The notes beneath the pieces were generated by a model, which made no database searches, had not been told where the DNA came from, and was given only the letters and a program-made list of their open reading frames with translations. Source: Candidatus Saccharimonadales bacterium (GTDB taxonomy: Bacteria > Patescibacteriota > Saccharimonadia > UBA4664 > DATIHN01). Taken from it: a stretch of DNA of 60,494 bases. Positions within the stretch are counted from its first letter, which is position 1. Every line of letters starts with the position of its first letter. Made by a program: the position numbers and the translations under genes. The stretch spans positions 1-60,494 of the forward strand of contig DATIHN010000013.1 in assembly GCA_035480635.1 (NCBI GenBank), read 5' to 3'. Shown here in pieces: positions 27,692 through 37,348 of this stretch.

Positions 27692-28615
27692 TTAGGCGTT
27701 TGGCTTCTTTTTGTGATGAAACTGTTCGTGAACCTCTTTGAGTCTAGGATCAGTAATATGAGTGTAGATTTGGGTGGTCGAAATATTGGCATGGCCCAGC
27801 AGCCCCTGGACGCTACGAATATCGGCCCCGTTCATCAGCAAGTCCGTCGCAAAGGAATGACGCAAGGTGTGGGGGGTGACGTCTTTGGTAATGCCAGCCA
27901 ATTTGGCGTAGCGTTTGACCAAGCGCTGGACGCTGCGGACAGTTAAGCGTTGGTACATACCAGAGCCACTGGCATCCTTGCTGCCGGAGAGGTGAATGAA
28001 CAGCGGGGCTAGATCGTCGTTACGGCTGTCCAGATAGCGCTGCAACCAATCAGCGGCTTCGGAGCTCATGAAAATCGGCCGATCCTTTTGGCCCTTGCCC
28101 CGGACGCTAAATTCCCGGCGTTCCAAATTGATCTGATCGCGGTTGAGAGAAACTAGCTCCGAGACTCTCAACCCACCCGAAAACAATAGTTCCAAAATCG
28201 CTCGATCGCGCAGACCGACAATAGAAGAAGTATCAATAACTTCAACCAGGCGGGCAACTTCCTCGGGCGTCAGAAAGGCGATTTGAGGCCGCTTAACTCT
28301 GGCTAGTTCAACCCGATCGCTGGGCAGGGTTTTGATATTCCGCTTGGCCAGGTATTTCAGAAAACTTCGTAAGGCAATCAAATGATAATTCTGAGTGGTT
28401 TTAGATATCGGCTGGCCGGAAGCATCTTGCAACCTAGCTAGCCAGAGCCGCCAAGCTCGGATGCGCTCATCATCTAATTTAGCCACATCGCAATCATCAC
28501 AAAACTCGATTAGCCGGGCCAGGTAGTGGTGGTAGTTGGCGATGGTTTTTTGGGACCGATTTTGCTCAATTTCTTGGTATTCCAAAAAGTCTGTAACTAG
28601 TTCACTAATGGGCAT
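27692..28615 (-). CDS. xerC: XerC/XerD family tyrosine recombinase
   Basis: RDRAILELLFSGGLRVSEL, VRGKGQKDR, TPHTLRHSFATDLL..GADIRSVQ.LLGHANISTTQIYTH. Confidence 0.9.
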   Translation of the reverse strand: MPISELVTDFLEYQEIEQNRSQKTIANYHHYLARLIEFCDDCDVAKLDDERIRAWRLWLARLQDASGQPISKTTQNYHLIALRSFLKYLAKRNIKTLPSDRVELARVKRPQIAFLTPEEVARLVEVIDTSSIVGLRDRAILELLFSGGLRVSELVSLNRDQINLERREFSVRGKGQKDRPIFMSSEAADWLQRYLDSRNDDLAPLFIHLSGSKDASGSGMYQRLTVRSVQRLVKRYAKLAGITKDVTPHTLRHSFATDLLMNGADIRSVQGLLGHANISTTQIYTHITDPRLKEVHEQFHHKKKPNA

Positions 28616-28650
28616 AGAGCCATTATAGTCCTCTAGGCTATACTGGAGCT
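28616..28650. promoter_or_regulatory. Divergent leaderless promoters (xer and O-antigen ligase gene)
   Basis: TATAAT (minus, 28627-28622) 6 nt before ATG 28615; TATACT (plus, 28639-28644) 6 nt before ATG 28651. Confidence 0.6.
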
Positions 28651-30525
28651 ATGCTTAAGCTTAGTAGTCTAAACATGTCTAAGTCTACGGCCTTGGCGGT
28701 GGTGCTAGCGCTAGGTGTCATGCCATGGTTTCAGGGTGGGCGAGACCCCTTAGGCTGGATGATGGTCTTAGCAGTGGCCCTGATCGGTAGTTTTTTATTA
28801 TTTAGAGATCAAACCACCGTTAGCTTGAGTCGTTTGGGGCTGATTTGGTTATCCTTTATAGCTTGGACGGGACTGTCGCTGATCTGGACGGTTAATCGCT
28901 ACCAAAGCTTTGCCACGCTCATGCTCTACAGCTTCGTCGGTATCATTGGGTTATTGGCGGCCAGTTTGCGCGGGGACGAGAGAGCGGTTGAAGTCTTTAA
29001 GCGCAGTTACCTAATCGTTGCGGCGGCCACCAGCCTGGTGGGGGCCGGCTTCTTCGTGGCCTATTCCTATGAGCGCGCGACCTCAACCTTTTATTTACCC
29101 AATCCGTTGGCTGGGTTTTTATTGCCAGCCATCATGATTGGGCTGTGGCAGTTTGCAGAGCAGCGCAAATTATTCGATGGGCTTCTGACCATGCTAACTT
29201 TGGGAGTTTTCATTTTAACTGACTCCCGCGGTGGCACCCTGGTTTTGATGGCTGTAATTTTTGTGGCTCTAATACTAAGCCGAAACGTGGCCAAACACTG
29301 GCGTCGCTTGCTGATTGTTTTGGTTGGAGCCATGGCCATCGCTTTGATTTGCAACTTAGCTCGGGTTGAGCTTGGCCATCGCTTGGATCTCCAGGGAGGT
29401 CGCCTGAAAGACCTGACTGCGACCGAATCAAACAGTACTAGCGACCGAATTTACTTCCTGCGCAGCGCCGTTGCCATCTGGGCTGATCGACCCTTACTGG
29501 GTGGGGGAGCTGGCACCTATCCGACCTTGCATCCCAAATACCAATACCGGGTTATCAGCGCTGGCTCCAATGCGCATAACTTTTATGTTCAAACCTTAGC
29601 TGAATTGGGGATAGTCGGTTTGGTCCTACTAGCTTGGGTAATAATTGAGCTCATTTTGGGTACCTGGCGGGGGATCAGGCTGGACCGCCAGCGACTGCCA
29701 ATTGCCCTCGGCTTGTTAGCCCTGGCCCTCCACGCCGGGCTTGATATTGAATCAAATTATCTGGTGTTATGGACGCTAGCGGCAATTCTGGTTGGGTTGT
29801 GCTATGAGGGTAGAGCGAAATCAAAACTGAACTTTAGGCTTAACAGCGGCCTAATTCTTGGAGCAACAGTCATTCTCGCGGTCCCTACGGCCTGGTTGTT
29901 TCGCGGCCAGCTCAATGCCCAGGGCGGGCAGAACCTCCAGGCTAGCGGCGACTATGGGCGGGCCATTGACTACTTCGCTGCGGCTAGTCTCCATGCGCCC
30001 TATGACCCTGATTGGTTAACGGCTCAGGGTATTAATCACTTCCTATTGGCCGTCCAAGGTAATAACAAAGACGACAATTTAGTTCAAGCAGCTGAGCTAG
30101 CCAGCCAAGCCGCCAAGCTCGATCCTTACGATGCCCAACATGATTTGCTGCTGGCTCGGGTTTTGCTTCAACAGGGCAAAACCGAGGCGGCTACTGCGGC
30201 CTACCGCTCGGCGATCTCAAAGAACCCTTATGATCAACCCGATATCTATAATGATTTAGCCACGCTTTACTTAACCCAAAATAAGCTCAGTGATGCCAAA
30301 GCTACCGTCGCAATTGTGCTGGCGCTATACCCAGATTCAGTGGTCGGGAACCGTAATAACGATCCTGCGATTGCCAAATCAGTAGCGACTAGCTACATTA
30401 TTTCGGCCCAGGTCGCGATCAGAACTGGCCAAATCGATGCGGCTAGGGAGCAGTTACGTCACGCCCTACTCCTCGATCCAACCAGTGCTCTAGCCAAGTT
30501 TTTACAGCAACAAATCGGACAATAG
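28651..30525 (+). CDS. O-antigen ligase (Wzy_C)/O-oligosaccharyltransferase family membrane protein with C-terminal TPRs
   Basis: Many TMs, PNPLAG, TDSRGG, R......A.....RPLLG.GAGTY, NAHNFYVQTLAELGIVG, followed by TPR-like helices. Confidence 0.88.
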   Translation: MLKLSSLNMSKSTALAVVLALGVMPWFQGGRDPLGWMMVLAVALIGSFLLFRDQTTVSLSRLGLIWLSFIAWTGLSLIWTVNRYQSFATLMLYSFVGIIGLLAASLRGDERAVEVFKRSYLIVAAATSLVGAGFFVAYSYERATSTFYLPNPLAGFLLPAIMIGLWQFAEQRKLFDGLLTMLTLGVFILTDSRGGTLVLMAVIFVALILSRNVAKHWRRLLIVLVGAMAIALICNLARVELGHRLDLQGGRLKDLTATESNSTSDRIYFLRSAVAIWADRPLLGGGAGTYPTLHPKYQYRVISAGSNAHNFYVQTLAELGIVGLVLLAWVIIELILGTWRGIRLDRQRLPIALGLLALALHAGLDIESNYLVLWTLAAILVGLCYEGRAKSKLNFRLNSGLILGATVILAVPTAWLFRGQLNAQGGQNLQASGDYGRAIDYFAAASLHAPYDPDWLTAQGINHFLLAVQGNNKDDNLVQAAELASQAAKLDPYDAQHDLLLARVLLQQGKTEAATAAYRSAISKNPYDQPDIYNDLATLYLTQNKLSDAKATVAIVLALYPDSVVGNRNNDPAIAKSVATSYIISAQVAIRTGQIDAAREQLRHALLLDPTSALAKFLQQQIGQ

Positions 30526-30545
30526 GGTCTGCTATACTCATAGGC

Positions 30546-31418
30546 GTGATTACCTATTTACAGGCCATCATCATCGGTTTGTTGCAGGGTGTAACGGAGC
30601 TTTTCCCGATATCTAGTCTGGGTCATTCCGTGTTGTTGCCAACCTTGTTTGGTTGGCATGGGGTGGTGGCAGCGCAATCTGACACTGAATCTTATTTCTT
30701 AGCTTTTTTGGTTGGTTTGCATGTCGCCACCGCCATTGCTTTGTTAATTTTCTATCGCCAACAGTGGAGTCGGATTATCAGCGGATTCTTTAGTTCGCTC
30801 AAAACTCGAAAAATTACCACTGTCGACCAACGCTTAGCATGGTTATTAGTTATGGCCACGATCCCAGCGGCTCTGTTTGGGCTCATCTTTGAGCATCGCC
30901 TGCGAGTTATTTTTGCAAAACCTCTGGCTGCCGCCATCTTCTTAATCATCAATGGGCTGATCCTGCTACTTGGCGATAGGTTAGTGAAGGTGGGACGCCA
31001 TCGGCGGGCCGATTTTAGTCTAACTCAAACCACGGCTAATCTAGCCAGTTTAAGTTTCAAAGACAGCTTAGTTATCGGCACCATGCAGATTTTGGCCCTA
31101 TTTGCCGGCATCTCTCGATCGGGCATTACCATGGTTGGGGGTCTCTGGCGCGGCCTGGATCACGAAGACGCCGCCCGGTTTTCTTTTTTGCTGGCGACGC
31201 CAATCATTTTGGCGGCCGGCTTGTATAAACTGCCCGATCTGTTGGGTCCAAACGGCAATGATGTTCGTGGTCAAATTCTAGCTGGCAGTTTGGCAGCAGG
31301 GCTGGCGGCTTATTTGACGGTTCGCTTCCTCGATCGCTTTTTCCAAGCTAATCGACTTAAGCCCTTTGCCATCTATTGCATCAGTTTTGGGTTGTTGATG
31401 ATGCTGGTTATTCACTAG
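30546..31418 (+). CDS. uppP: Undecaprenyl-diphosphatase UppP/BacA
   Basis: QGVTELFPISSLGH, LHVATA, GISRSGITM, AARFSFLLATP. Confidence 0.96.
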   Translation: MITYLQAIIIGLLQGVTELFPISSLGHSVLLPTLFGWHGVVAAQSDTESYFLAFLVGLHVATAIALLIFYRQQWSRIISGFFSSLKTRKITTVDQRLAWLLVMATIPAALFGLIFEHRLRVIFAKPLAAAIFLIINGLILLLGDRLVKVGRHRRADFSLTQTTANLASLSFKDSLVIGTMQILALFAGISRSGITMVGGLWRGLDHEDAARFSFLLATPIILAAGLYKLPDLLGPNGNDVRGQILAGSLAAGLAAYLTVRFLDRFFQANRLKPFAIYCISFGLLMMLVIH

Positions 31419-31461
31419 AGCTTGCCGGCAAGCAATCCTTTCTGATAACCTTATCCCACAT

Positions 31462-32739
31462 ATGAAGACCGAAATTACGACTCTACCAAATAAGCTAAAA
31501 ATTGTGACCTGCGAGATGCCGGGGGCCCGGAGCGTCTCAGTTTCGATTTTGGTGGCGGCTGGCGGTCGCACAGAAGATTTCGATACTCAGGGCGGTGCCT
31601 CCCATTTCTTGGAGCACATCCTCTTCAAAGGCACCAAGAACTGGCCAACAGCCCAGCAAATTTCGGGCGATATCGATGCCGTCGGCGGACTCAACAACGC
31701 CTACACGTCCAACGATATGACTAGTTTTTACATTAAGCTGCCCAAAGCCCATCTGGGCCTGGCCCTAGATATATTGGCCGATATGATTATGAACCCACTC
31801 TTTGACGCCGAGGAAATTGATCGAGAACGGGGCGTTATAATTGAGGAAATCAACTGGCGCCGCCACGATGACCCCATGCAATTCGTCGAAGTTCTACTGC
31901 CGCCGTTGTTGTGGCCCGACGATCCGCTCAAGCAAGACGTGGGCGGCAAAGACGAGGTCATTCGCAGCATTGAGCGCCAAACCATTATCGATTATAAAGA
32001 AACCTTCTATCAGCCGGGGAATATGGTTGTGAGTGTGGCTGGCGGCGCCAAACACGAGGAGGTCGTGGCCCAAGTCAAAGGCCTCATGGGTGGCTTAAAA
32101 GCAAAGGCGGTTCCCAAAATTGTGCCGGTACGAGATCGCTTGTCCAAGGACCGAACGGCCATTTATACTAAACCGACCGCCCAAGCCCACTTCCTGATTG
32201 GCTCTCGCGCCTACCCGTACTTACACAAAGATGATCCAGCTTGTGGGGTGCTGACAACTATTTTGGGTCAGGGTATGAGCTCACGGTTATTTTTGAATGT
32301 GCGAGAACGCAAGGGGCTGGCCTACTCGGTTAATGCCAGCCGCCATAATTATGTCGACACGGGTATTTTCGAAGTTTACGCCGGTGCCAATATCGAAAAA
32401 ACTGACGAAGCCATTATGGCCGTTCTGGAAGAACTCGAGCGCATTCGTCTGGAACCAGTACCGGCCGATGAATTACAAAAGGCTAAGAACAAAATCCGTG
32501 GTGGTTTGCAAATGAGCCTTGAGAGTAACGGTAATGTGGCCGACCGCTTTGGCACCCAACTATTATTACTTGGTAAAATTCGCGATGTTGATGAAACCAT
32601 CGAGTTAGTCGATGCCGTTACGGCCGATGATGTTCAGCGAGTGGCGGCTGACATACTGGCGCCGAAAAAGCTCAGAATGGCCATTATCGCCTCCGATGGC
32701 TCCAGCGCCAAACTTAAATTTGAGGAGTTAATCGGCTAA
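31462..32739 (+). CDS. M16 family zinc peptidase
   Basis: HFLEH (HXXEH), NAYTS, ERGVIIEE, GMSSRLF.NVRERKGLAYSV. Confidence 0.94.
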   Translation: MKTEITTLPNKLKIVTCEMPGARSVSVSILVAAGGRTEDFDTQGGASHFLEHILFKGTKNWPTAQQISGDIDAVGGLNNAYTSNDMTSFYIKLPKAHLGLALDILADMIMNPLFDAEEIDRERGVIIEEINWRRHDDPMQFVEVLLPPLLWPDDPLKQDVGGKDEVIRSIERQTIIDYKETFYQPGNMVVSVAGGAKHEEVVAQVKGLMGGLKAKAVPKIVPVRDRLSKDRTAIYTKPTAQAHFLIGSRAYPYLHKDDPACGVLTTILGQGMSSRLFLNVRERKGLAYSVNASRHNYVDTGIFEVYAGANIEKTDEAIMAVLEELERIRLEPVPADELQKAKNKIRGGLQMSLESNGNVADRFGTQLLLLGKIRDVDETIELVDAVTADDVQRVAADILAPKKLRMAIIASDGSSAKLKFEELIG

Positions 32740-33317
32740 TGGAAAGAACCTTAGTTGTAGTCAAACCCGATGGTGTCCAGCGGGGGTTAACTGGTGAAGT
32801 CATCCGCCGCTTGGAGCAAACAGGGTTGAAAGTCGTCGGGCTCAAACTAACCCAAGTTAGCCAAGACATGGCTGAGCAACATTATCCAGCTGATCGCGAG
32901 GAGATGATAACTGGGATCGGCCAAAAAAGCCTAGATGATTATAAGAAGCTAAATCTCGATGCTAAAGCCGAATTAGGCACTGATGATCCTAAAAAAATCG
33001 GCGAATTGATTCGATCCTGGCTGGCCGATTATCTGACTTCTGGGCCGGTAGTAGCCTTGGTGGTCGAGGGCCCGCATGCAATTGAGTTAGTGCGTAAGTT
33101 GGTTGGCAACACTCTGCCCCTATCAGCCGCACCGGGCACCATTCGAGGCGATTTTTCTTATGACTCAGCCTATTTAGGGAACACCCGCAAGCGTCCAATC
33201 AAAAACCTTGTCCATGCCTCTGGAAATGCCGCTGAAGCTGAGTTCGAAGTCCCGCTGTGGTTTAAGACCAGCGAATTAGTTAGCTACCGTCGCAGCGACG
33301 AAGCACCGATGGAATAA
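32739..33317 (+). CDS. ndk: Nucleoside diphosphate kinase (long form with an internal insertion)
   Basis: VVKPDGVQRGL.GE, SGPVVA, PGTIRGD, NLVHAS. Confidence 0.95.
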   Translation: MERTLVVVKPDGVQRGLTGEVIRRLEQTGLKVVGLKLTQVSQDMAEQHYPADREEMITGIGQKSLDDYKKLNLDAKAELGTDDPKKIGELIRSWLADYLTSGPVVALVVEGPHAIELVRKLVGNTLPLSAAPGTIRGDFSYDSAYLGNTRKRPIKNLVHASGNAAEAEFEVPLWFKTSELVSYRRSDEAPME

Positions 33318-33318
33318 T

Positions 33319-33338
33319 TTGGTACCCCGGGAGGGAAT
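33319..33338 (-). repeat. 20-bp duplicate of the tRNA-Arg 3' end
   Basis: TTGGTACCCCGGGAGGGAAT is identical to 33476-33495. Confidence 0.95.
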
Positions 33339-33475
33339 GTGGCTTCGCCACCTCCGCTCAGTGCTCGCCAAAACCAAACAAGTTTGGGATGGCTGCGCGC
33401 TTCGCTTCACCGAACCAGCGGGGCTTCTCAACCCTCCAGCAAGAACTGTCGCTAACACGAGGTTAGCACCAGTTC
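33339..33475 (-). other. 137-bp structured element between tRNA-Arg and its 3' duplicate
   Basis: Hairpins GTGGC-TTC-GCCAC, CCAAAC-AA-GTTTGG and AGAACTG...GCTAAC-ACGAG-GTTAGC...CAGTTCT. Confidence 0.7.
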
Positions 33476-33476
33476 T

Positions 33477-33552
33477 TGGTACCCCGGGAGGGAATCGAAC
33501 CCCCGACGCCCTCCTTAGGACGGAGGCGCTCTGTCCACTGAGCTACCGGGGC
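33477..33552 (-). tRNA. tRNA-Arg(CCT)
   Basis: 76-nt cloverleaf GCCCCGG...GGGGTACCA; anticodon loop GT-CCT-AA. Confidence 0.93.
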
Positions 33553-33666
33553 GCGTCTAGCTAGCAACAATAGCATTATGAACCTGTCCTAGTAAAGACA
33601 TCGGCTTGCGTATTAGCTTCTAAACAGCTATAACTCCTAAAGTAGATTCCCACTACAGGGGGACAG

Positions 33667-34059
33667 ATGGATTTTGAAAACGTTCTAGCGGCAAACCAGA
33701 TGGTGCGCCAAGCCATTCAACAGCGTGATGAAGCCGACCAGACCTTGGTTTTGTTCATTCGTTCATTGAAATCGATAGTCGGCCAACTGCTGCAGCGGGT
33801 CGTAAAATTCGACTACAACCCGGATGCCAGGACCACTGGCGACAAGGCCCAACGATTCATCGAAAACCAATGGAAGTTCCTAAGGGATCAATCGGCTCCA
33901 ACGCTGGCCTTCGTGAATGGCTTTGGCATCGATGAAGCTCAAGGCCCTTATTTGGAAGCCATTCCTGTTGGCAAGGCTGAAACTTGGCGCATCTTCCTTG
34001 ACGGCCTAACAAATGCGACCATCGTCGACGTCGAAAATCTACAACCACAGCCGGGCTAG
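33667..34059 (+). CDS. Hypothetical protein
   Basis: 130-aa ORF after GGGGGA. Confidence 0.6.
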   Translation: MDFENVLAANQMVRQAIQQRDEADQTLVLFIRSLKSIVGQLLQRVVKFDYNPDARTTGDKAQRFIENQWKFLRDQSAPTLAFVNGFGIDEAQGPYLEAIPVGKAETWRIFLDGLTNATIVDVENLQPQPG

Positions 34060-34096
34060 CCCGGCTTTTCAATTAGCTTATGCTACAATTTAGCCA

Positions 34097-34627
34097 ATGG
34101 CTAAGGAGAGCAAACCTAAAAGAGGGTTCCCGGGGCAGCACGAAGGCGAGAAAGTGGAGTTAGTCTTCCACCAGCATCCGCTGGTCATGCGCAAAGCCTT
34201 AATTATTGGCATGCTGCTGGTATTACTTGGCGTCATGATCCCATACACCCAAGTTGTCATGCTTAACCACACTACTGGCAACTGGAAACCACTCTGGTTT
34301 CTGCTAATAATCGTCGTAGTCATCTGGTTCTATGCTTGGGTCGGCTGGTATTACACGGTTTACATCATGACCGACGAGAGGCTGATCGAAATTAAGCAGC
34401 GCGGGTTCTTTAACCGCAAAGTCAGTGAATATGGGCTGGATAAAATCCAGAACATTAATTACCACATCCGTGGCTTCCAAGCTGTTATTTTCCAATTTGG
34501 CGATATCGTGGCTCAAACTTTCGTAGGTGATGTCATCATGAAGATGATCCACCGGCCCGTCCAAATTCATAGCCGCATGATCGAGATCGTTCGGCGAGTG
34601 GATAGCTCGACACCCTTTAAAAACTAA
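34097..34627 (+). CDS. Membrane protein with a bacterial PH (bPH_2) domain
   Basis: FPGQ..GEKV.LVFHQH, 2 TMs, Y.MTDERLI....G.FNRKV.E..LDKIQNI. Confidence 0.85.
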   Translation: MAKESKPKRGFPGQHEGEKVELVFHQHPLVMRKALIIGMLLVLLGVMIPYTQVVMLNHTTGNWKPLWFLLIIVVVIWFYAWVGWYYTVYIMTDERLIEIKQRGFFNRKVSEYGLDKIQNINYHIRGFQAVIFQFGDIVAQTFVGDVIMKMIHRPVQIHSRMIEIVRRVDSSTPFKN

Positions 34628-34655
34628 TGTAGCATTTACGGGGTAGGAGAACACT

Positions 34656-35732
34656 GTGGCCAAAGAACCTGATGCGACTGAATCTGATAAATCAACCAAA
34701 TCGAACTCAAGCAAAGCCAAAAAATCTAGATTTGCGGCTGTCACTACCAAGGTCAAAGCGGCCACTCAGAAGCTGCCGGTAATTGGCCGTAATAAGTCCG
34801 AGGGGGAATCTAAGCCCAAAGATCCCAAGGCACGCCGACGGACCTATATCATGACCGCCGCTGGCGTTTTAGCCGGGGTAATCGTCCTGCTGTTGGTCTT
34901 TGGGCTACTGATTTATAAGTATAAAAGCGATAGTCGCTTAACCTACGCTGTGGCCAAGGTGGTACCATACCCGGCCATTCGGGTTGGAAGTGGTTTTGTT
35001 AGTTACGGCGAGTATCTCTTTGAGGTGAAATCCATCAAGCAGTATTACCAGAACCAGCCGGGGACCGACACCAAAATTGATTTCAACTCGGCCGACGGCA
35101 AAGCTAAGCTGAAAGACCTGAAAAGCCAGGTTATTGATCAGCTCAAAGCCGATGAGGTAACTAGGCAGCTCATCGCCAAGAATAAGATTAAGGTGACCGA
35201 CAAGGAAGTTAACGACCAGTTGGCCCAAATTACCCAATCGGCCGGTGGTGATCAAAAAGTCCGCGAGGTCCTAACTAAGTACTACGGCTGGACCTATAAC
35301 GACCTCAAACGAAAAGTTAAATTCCAGCTGGAGAAGCAAAAGCTTCAAGATAAAATCACCAGTGATGCTAGTGCTGACGCTCAAGCCAAGGCCAAGGCCC
35401 AAGACGTTTTAAATCAGATTAACGCGGGCGGTGACTTCGCTGAGCTAGCCAAAAAGTACTCCCAAGATTCGACCGCTGCCAATGGTGGGGATCTGGGTTT
35501 CTTTGGCCGGGGTCAGATGGTCAAGGAATTTGAGGATGCCGCTTTTGCCCTCCAGCCTGGCCAGGTTTCGGGGTTAGTTAAGACCCAGTACGGCTACCAC
35601 ATCATCAAAGTGACCGACAAAAAGGACGATCAGATCCGGGCGTCCCACATCCTAATCAAGACCATCGACTTCGATCAATACATGCAAGATCAAATCTCAA
35701 AAGCCAAAGTTAGTATTTACGTAAAACCCTAA
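34656..35732 (+). CDS. prsA: PrsA/SurA-type foldase with a parvulin PPIase domain
   Basis: TM anchor; [55 protein letters not shown]. Confidence 0.92.
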   Translation: MAKEPDATESDKSTKSNSSKAKKSRFAAVTTKVKAATQKLPVIGRNKSEGESKPKDPKARRRTYIMTAAGVLAGVIVLLLVFGLLIYKYKSDSRLTYAVAKVVPYPAIRVGSGFVSYGEYLFEVKSIKQYYQNQPGTDTKIDFNSADGKAKLKDLKSQVIDQLKADEVTRQLIAKNKIKVTDKEVNDQLAQITQSAGGDQKVREVLTKYYGWTYNDLKRKVKFQLEKQKLQDKITSDASADAQAKAKAQDVLNQINAGGDFAELAKKYSQDSTAANGGDLGFFGRGQMVKEFEDAAFALQPGQVSGLVKTQYGYHIIKVTDKKDDQIRASHILIKTIDFDQYMQDQISKAKVSIYVKP

Positions 35733-35869
35733 TACTAATTCGATCACCAAATTTACTCAATAATTTGGCCAATTGCTAGCGGCCTAGTAATTGAATAATT
35801 CTTTCGGTTGAGCTATAAGTAGAATACTCGCGAAATCCGCGGTGTGGACTTTGAAACGGGAGAATTGAA

Positions 35870-37192
35870 GTGTACTACGGGACCGTCTTTTGGGATGATT
35901 TGCCGCTGAAGCGCGGTCACTTTCACCCCAGGCGGGTGGCGGTGATCGGAGTTACAAGGAGCTCGCAAGATCCTTACTGGAGAGTTGGCTGGGTACCAAA
36001 CTTTGCCGGTGGCAAAGAAGGCTTTCAGATTTATGAGGGCAATGGTGACTTAGCCGGGGACGTCTGTTACTGGCGTGGCAGGGAAGAACGGGTTGTCGTG
36101 GACCATCGCCCAGTCCACATTGCCCAACACCCGCTAATGGGCTTGCAAACACCACAATTGGCTTTGGCTAGCACCGTCCAGGAGCACCGAGGGCTCTCGC
36201 TCAGCCAAGCCGAACTGGATTTGTTCCAGATCCAGTTGCAGTGTTGGTATGATCTCAGCCCGGAGGACCTGGCTGAGATTTGCGAAAGCCAGGATCGTAT
36301 GATCGAACGCTTGCAGGGCGCTCGCGATCGCAACAAGGTCGAGGCTCAGCGTCTGCTGATCAGTGCTCGGGGGGTCGAAGATTCCCTGAAGCGCAAGAAT
36401 CCAGGGGCGACTGCAGCTAAGCATTTGGCCGCTTACAACCGTCAAGATCGCCGGCTGCTTCGAATTGCAGCGACCCAAGTCAGCATTGCCGAGCGGGCTC
36501 AATGGATGAACATTTGGTTGGCCGCCCGGCTGGCCGATGAATCCGAACGACTCTGGGACTTCTTGGCCGAGCGCGAAACGCTGCCAGCCAGCGATGTTGA
36601 TGAGTTCTACAGCCTGGCCTCGGACACTTTGAAGCCGATTAGCCAATTGGTCAACTGGCTCTGCTATGAGCTGCACAGGGGTGGTGGATCAATTGAGGAC
36701 CACAGGATTCTCCAAGCTGCCAGGGGGGCCTTTGTTCTGCACCAGCTGTCTGGCTTCATCGGCCTGGCTGTCCAGCCCGTGGCTAGCCTGAGCTACAAGC
36801 GGGCCGACGCCAATTCAGAGCGCTACTACGAGGCCTTCAATACCAACCTCGAACGCTTAGAACGGGTTCTAAAGAGCCTGAACATCGGCGGCCCCTACAC
36901 CGAGTTAGGGCGTAAGCTGCACGGCTTGTCGGTTAAGCTCTTGGCCAACGTTAGATCCGGCCACTGGCAACCAGCCATTCAAGTGGCTAGGGAGTTCGAA
37001 AACCTTTGGCTCTACCGCAGCAGCGCCGAAGATCACTCCCCCAAGGTTTGGTATCGTCATACTCCGCCTGACCCTAAACCCTGGGAGTTGGTCGAGGCCT
37101 ACAACCAAATTGAGGAGCCGCCATCTCCGGAACTGATCCGTATCCGCGAAGAGATGGCTACACAAGATCCCTTCGATGGCCTAGAAAATTGA
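35870..37192 (+). CDS. Hypothetical 440-aa protein, largely helical
   Basis: Long ORF after GGGAG, followed by a terminator; no recognised motif. Confidence 0.7.
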   Translation: MYYGTVFWDDLPLKRGHFHPRRVAVIGVTRSSQDPYWRVGWVPNFAGGKEGFQIYEGNGDLAGDVCYWRGREERVVVDHRPVHIAQHPLMGLQTPQLALASTVQEHRGLSLSQAELDLFQIQLQCWYDLSPEDLAEICESQDRMIERLQGARDRNKVEAQRLLISARGVEDSLKRKNPGATAAKHLAAYNRQDRRLLRIAATQVSIAERAQWMNIWLAARLADESERLWDFLAERETLPASDVDEFYSLASDTLKPISQLVNWLCYELHRGGGSIEDHRILQAARGAFVLHQLSGFIGLAVQPVASLSYKRADANSERYYEAFNTNLERLERVLKSLNIGGPYTELGRKLHGLSVKLLANVRSGHWQPAIQVAREFENLWLYRSSAEDHSPKVWYRHTPPDPKPWELVEAYNQIEEPPSPELIRIREEMATQDPFDGLEN

Positions 37193-37224
37193 GCCCGAGA
37201 AAGATAATTTTCTCGGGCTTTTTG
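37192..37224 (+). terminator. Intrinsic terminator
   Basis: AGCCCGAGAAA-GATAA-TTTCTCGGGCT followed by a T-run. Confidence 0.85.
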
Positions 37225-37348
37225 TTATTTTTGGAAACTTAGCGCGAATTCTTTTGGATATTTTGCTAGACACAAGCGTGATAGCCGGTATAGTCTTGGG
37301 GTAGGTGAGTGGCCAAGGGGCTACCAAGTACCCGTGGAGGTTGCGACC

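Noticed and set aside
27692-28615. Tyrosine recombinase as an island integrase or pilin invertase
   Set aside because: Typical chromosomal XerC/D size and motifs; no att duplication or inverted repeats seen around the pilins.
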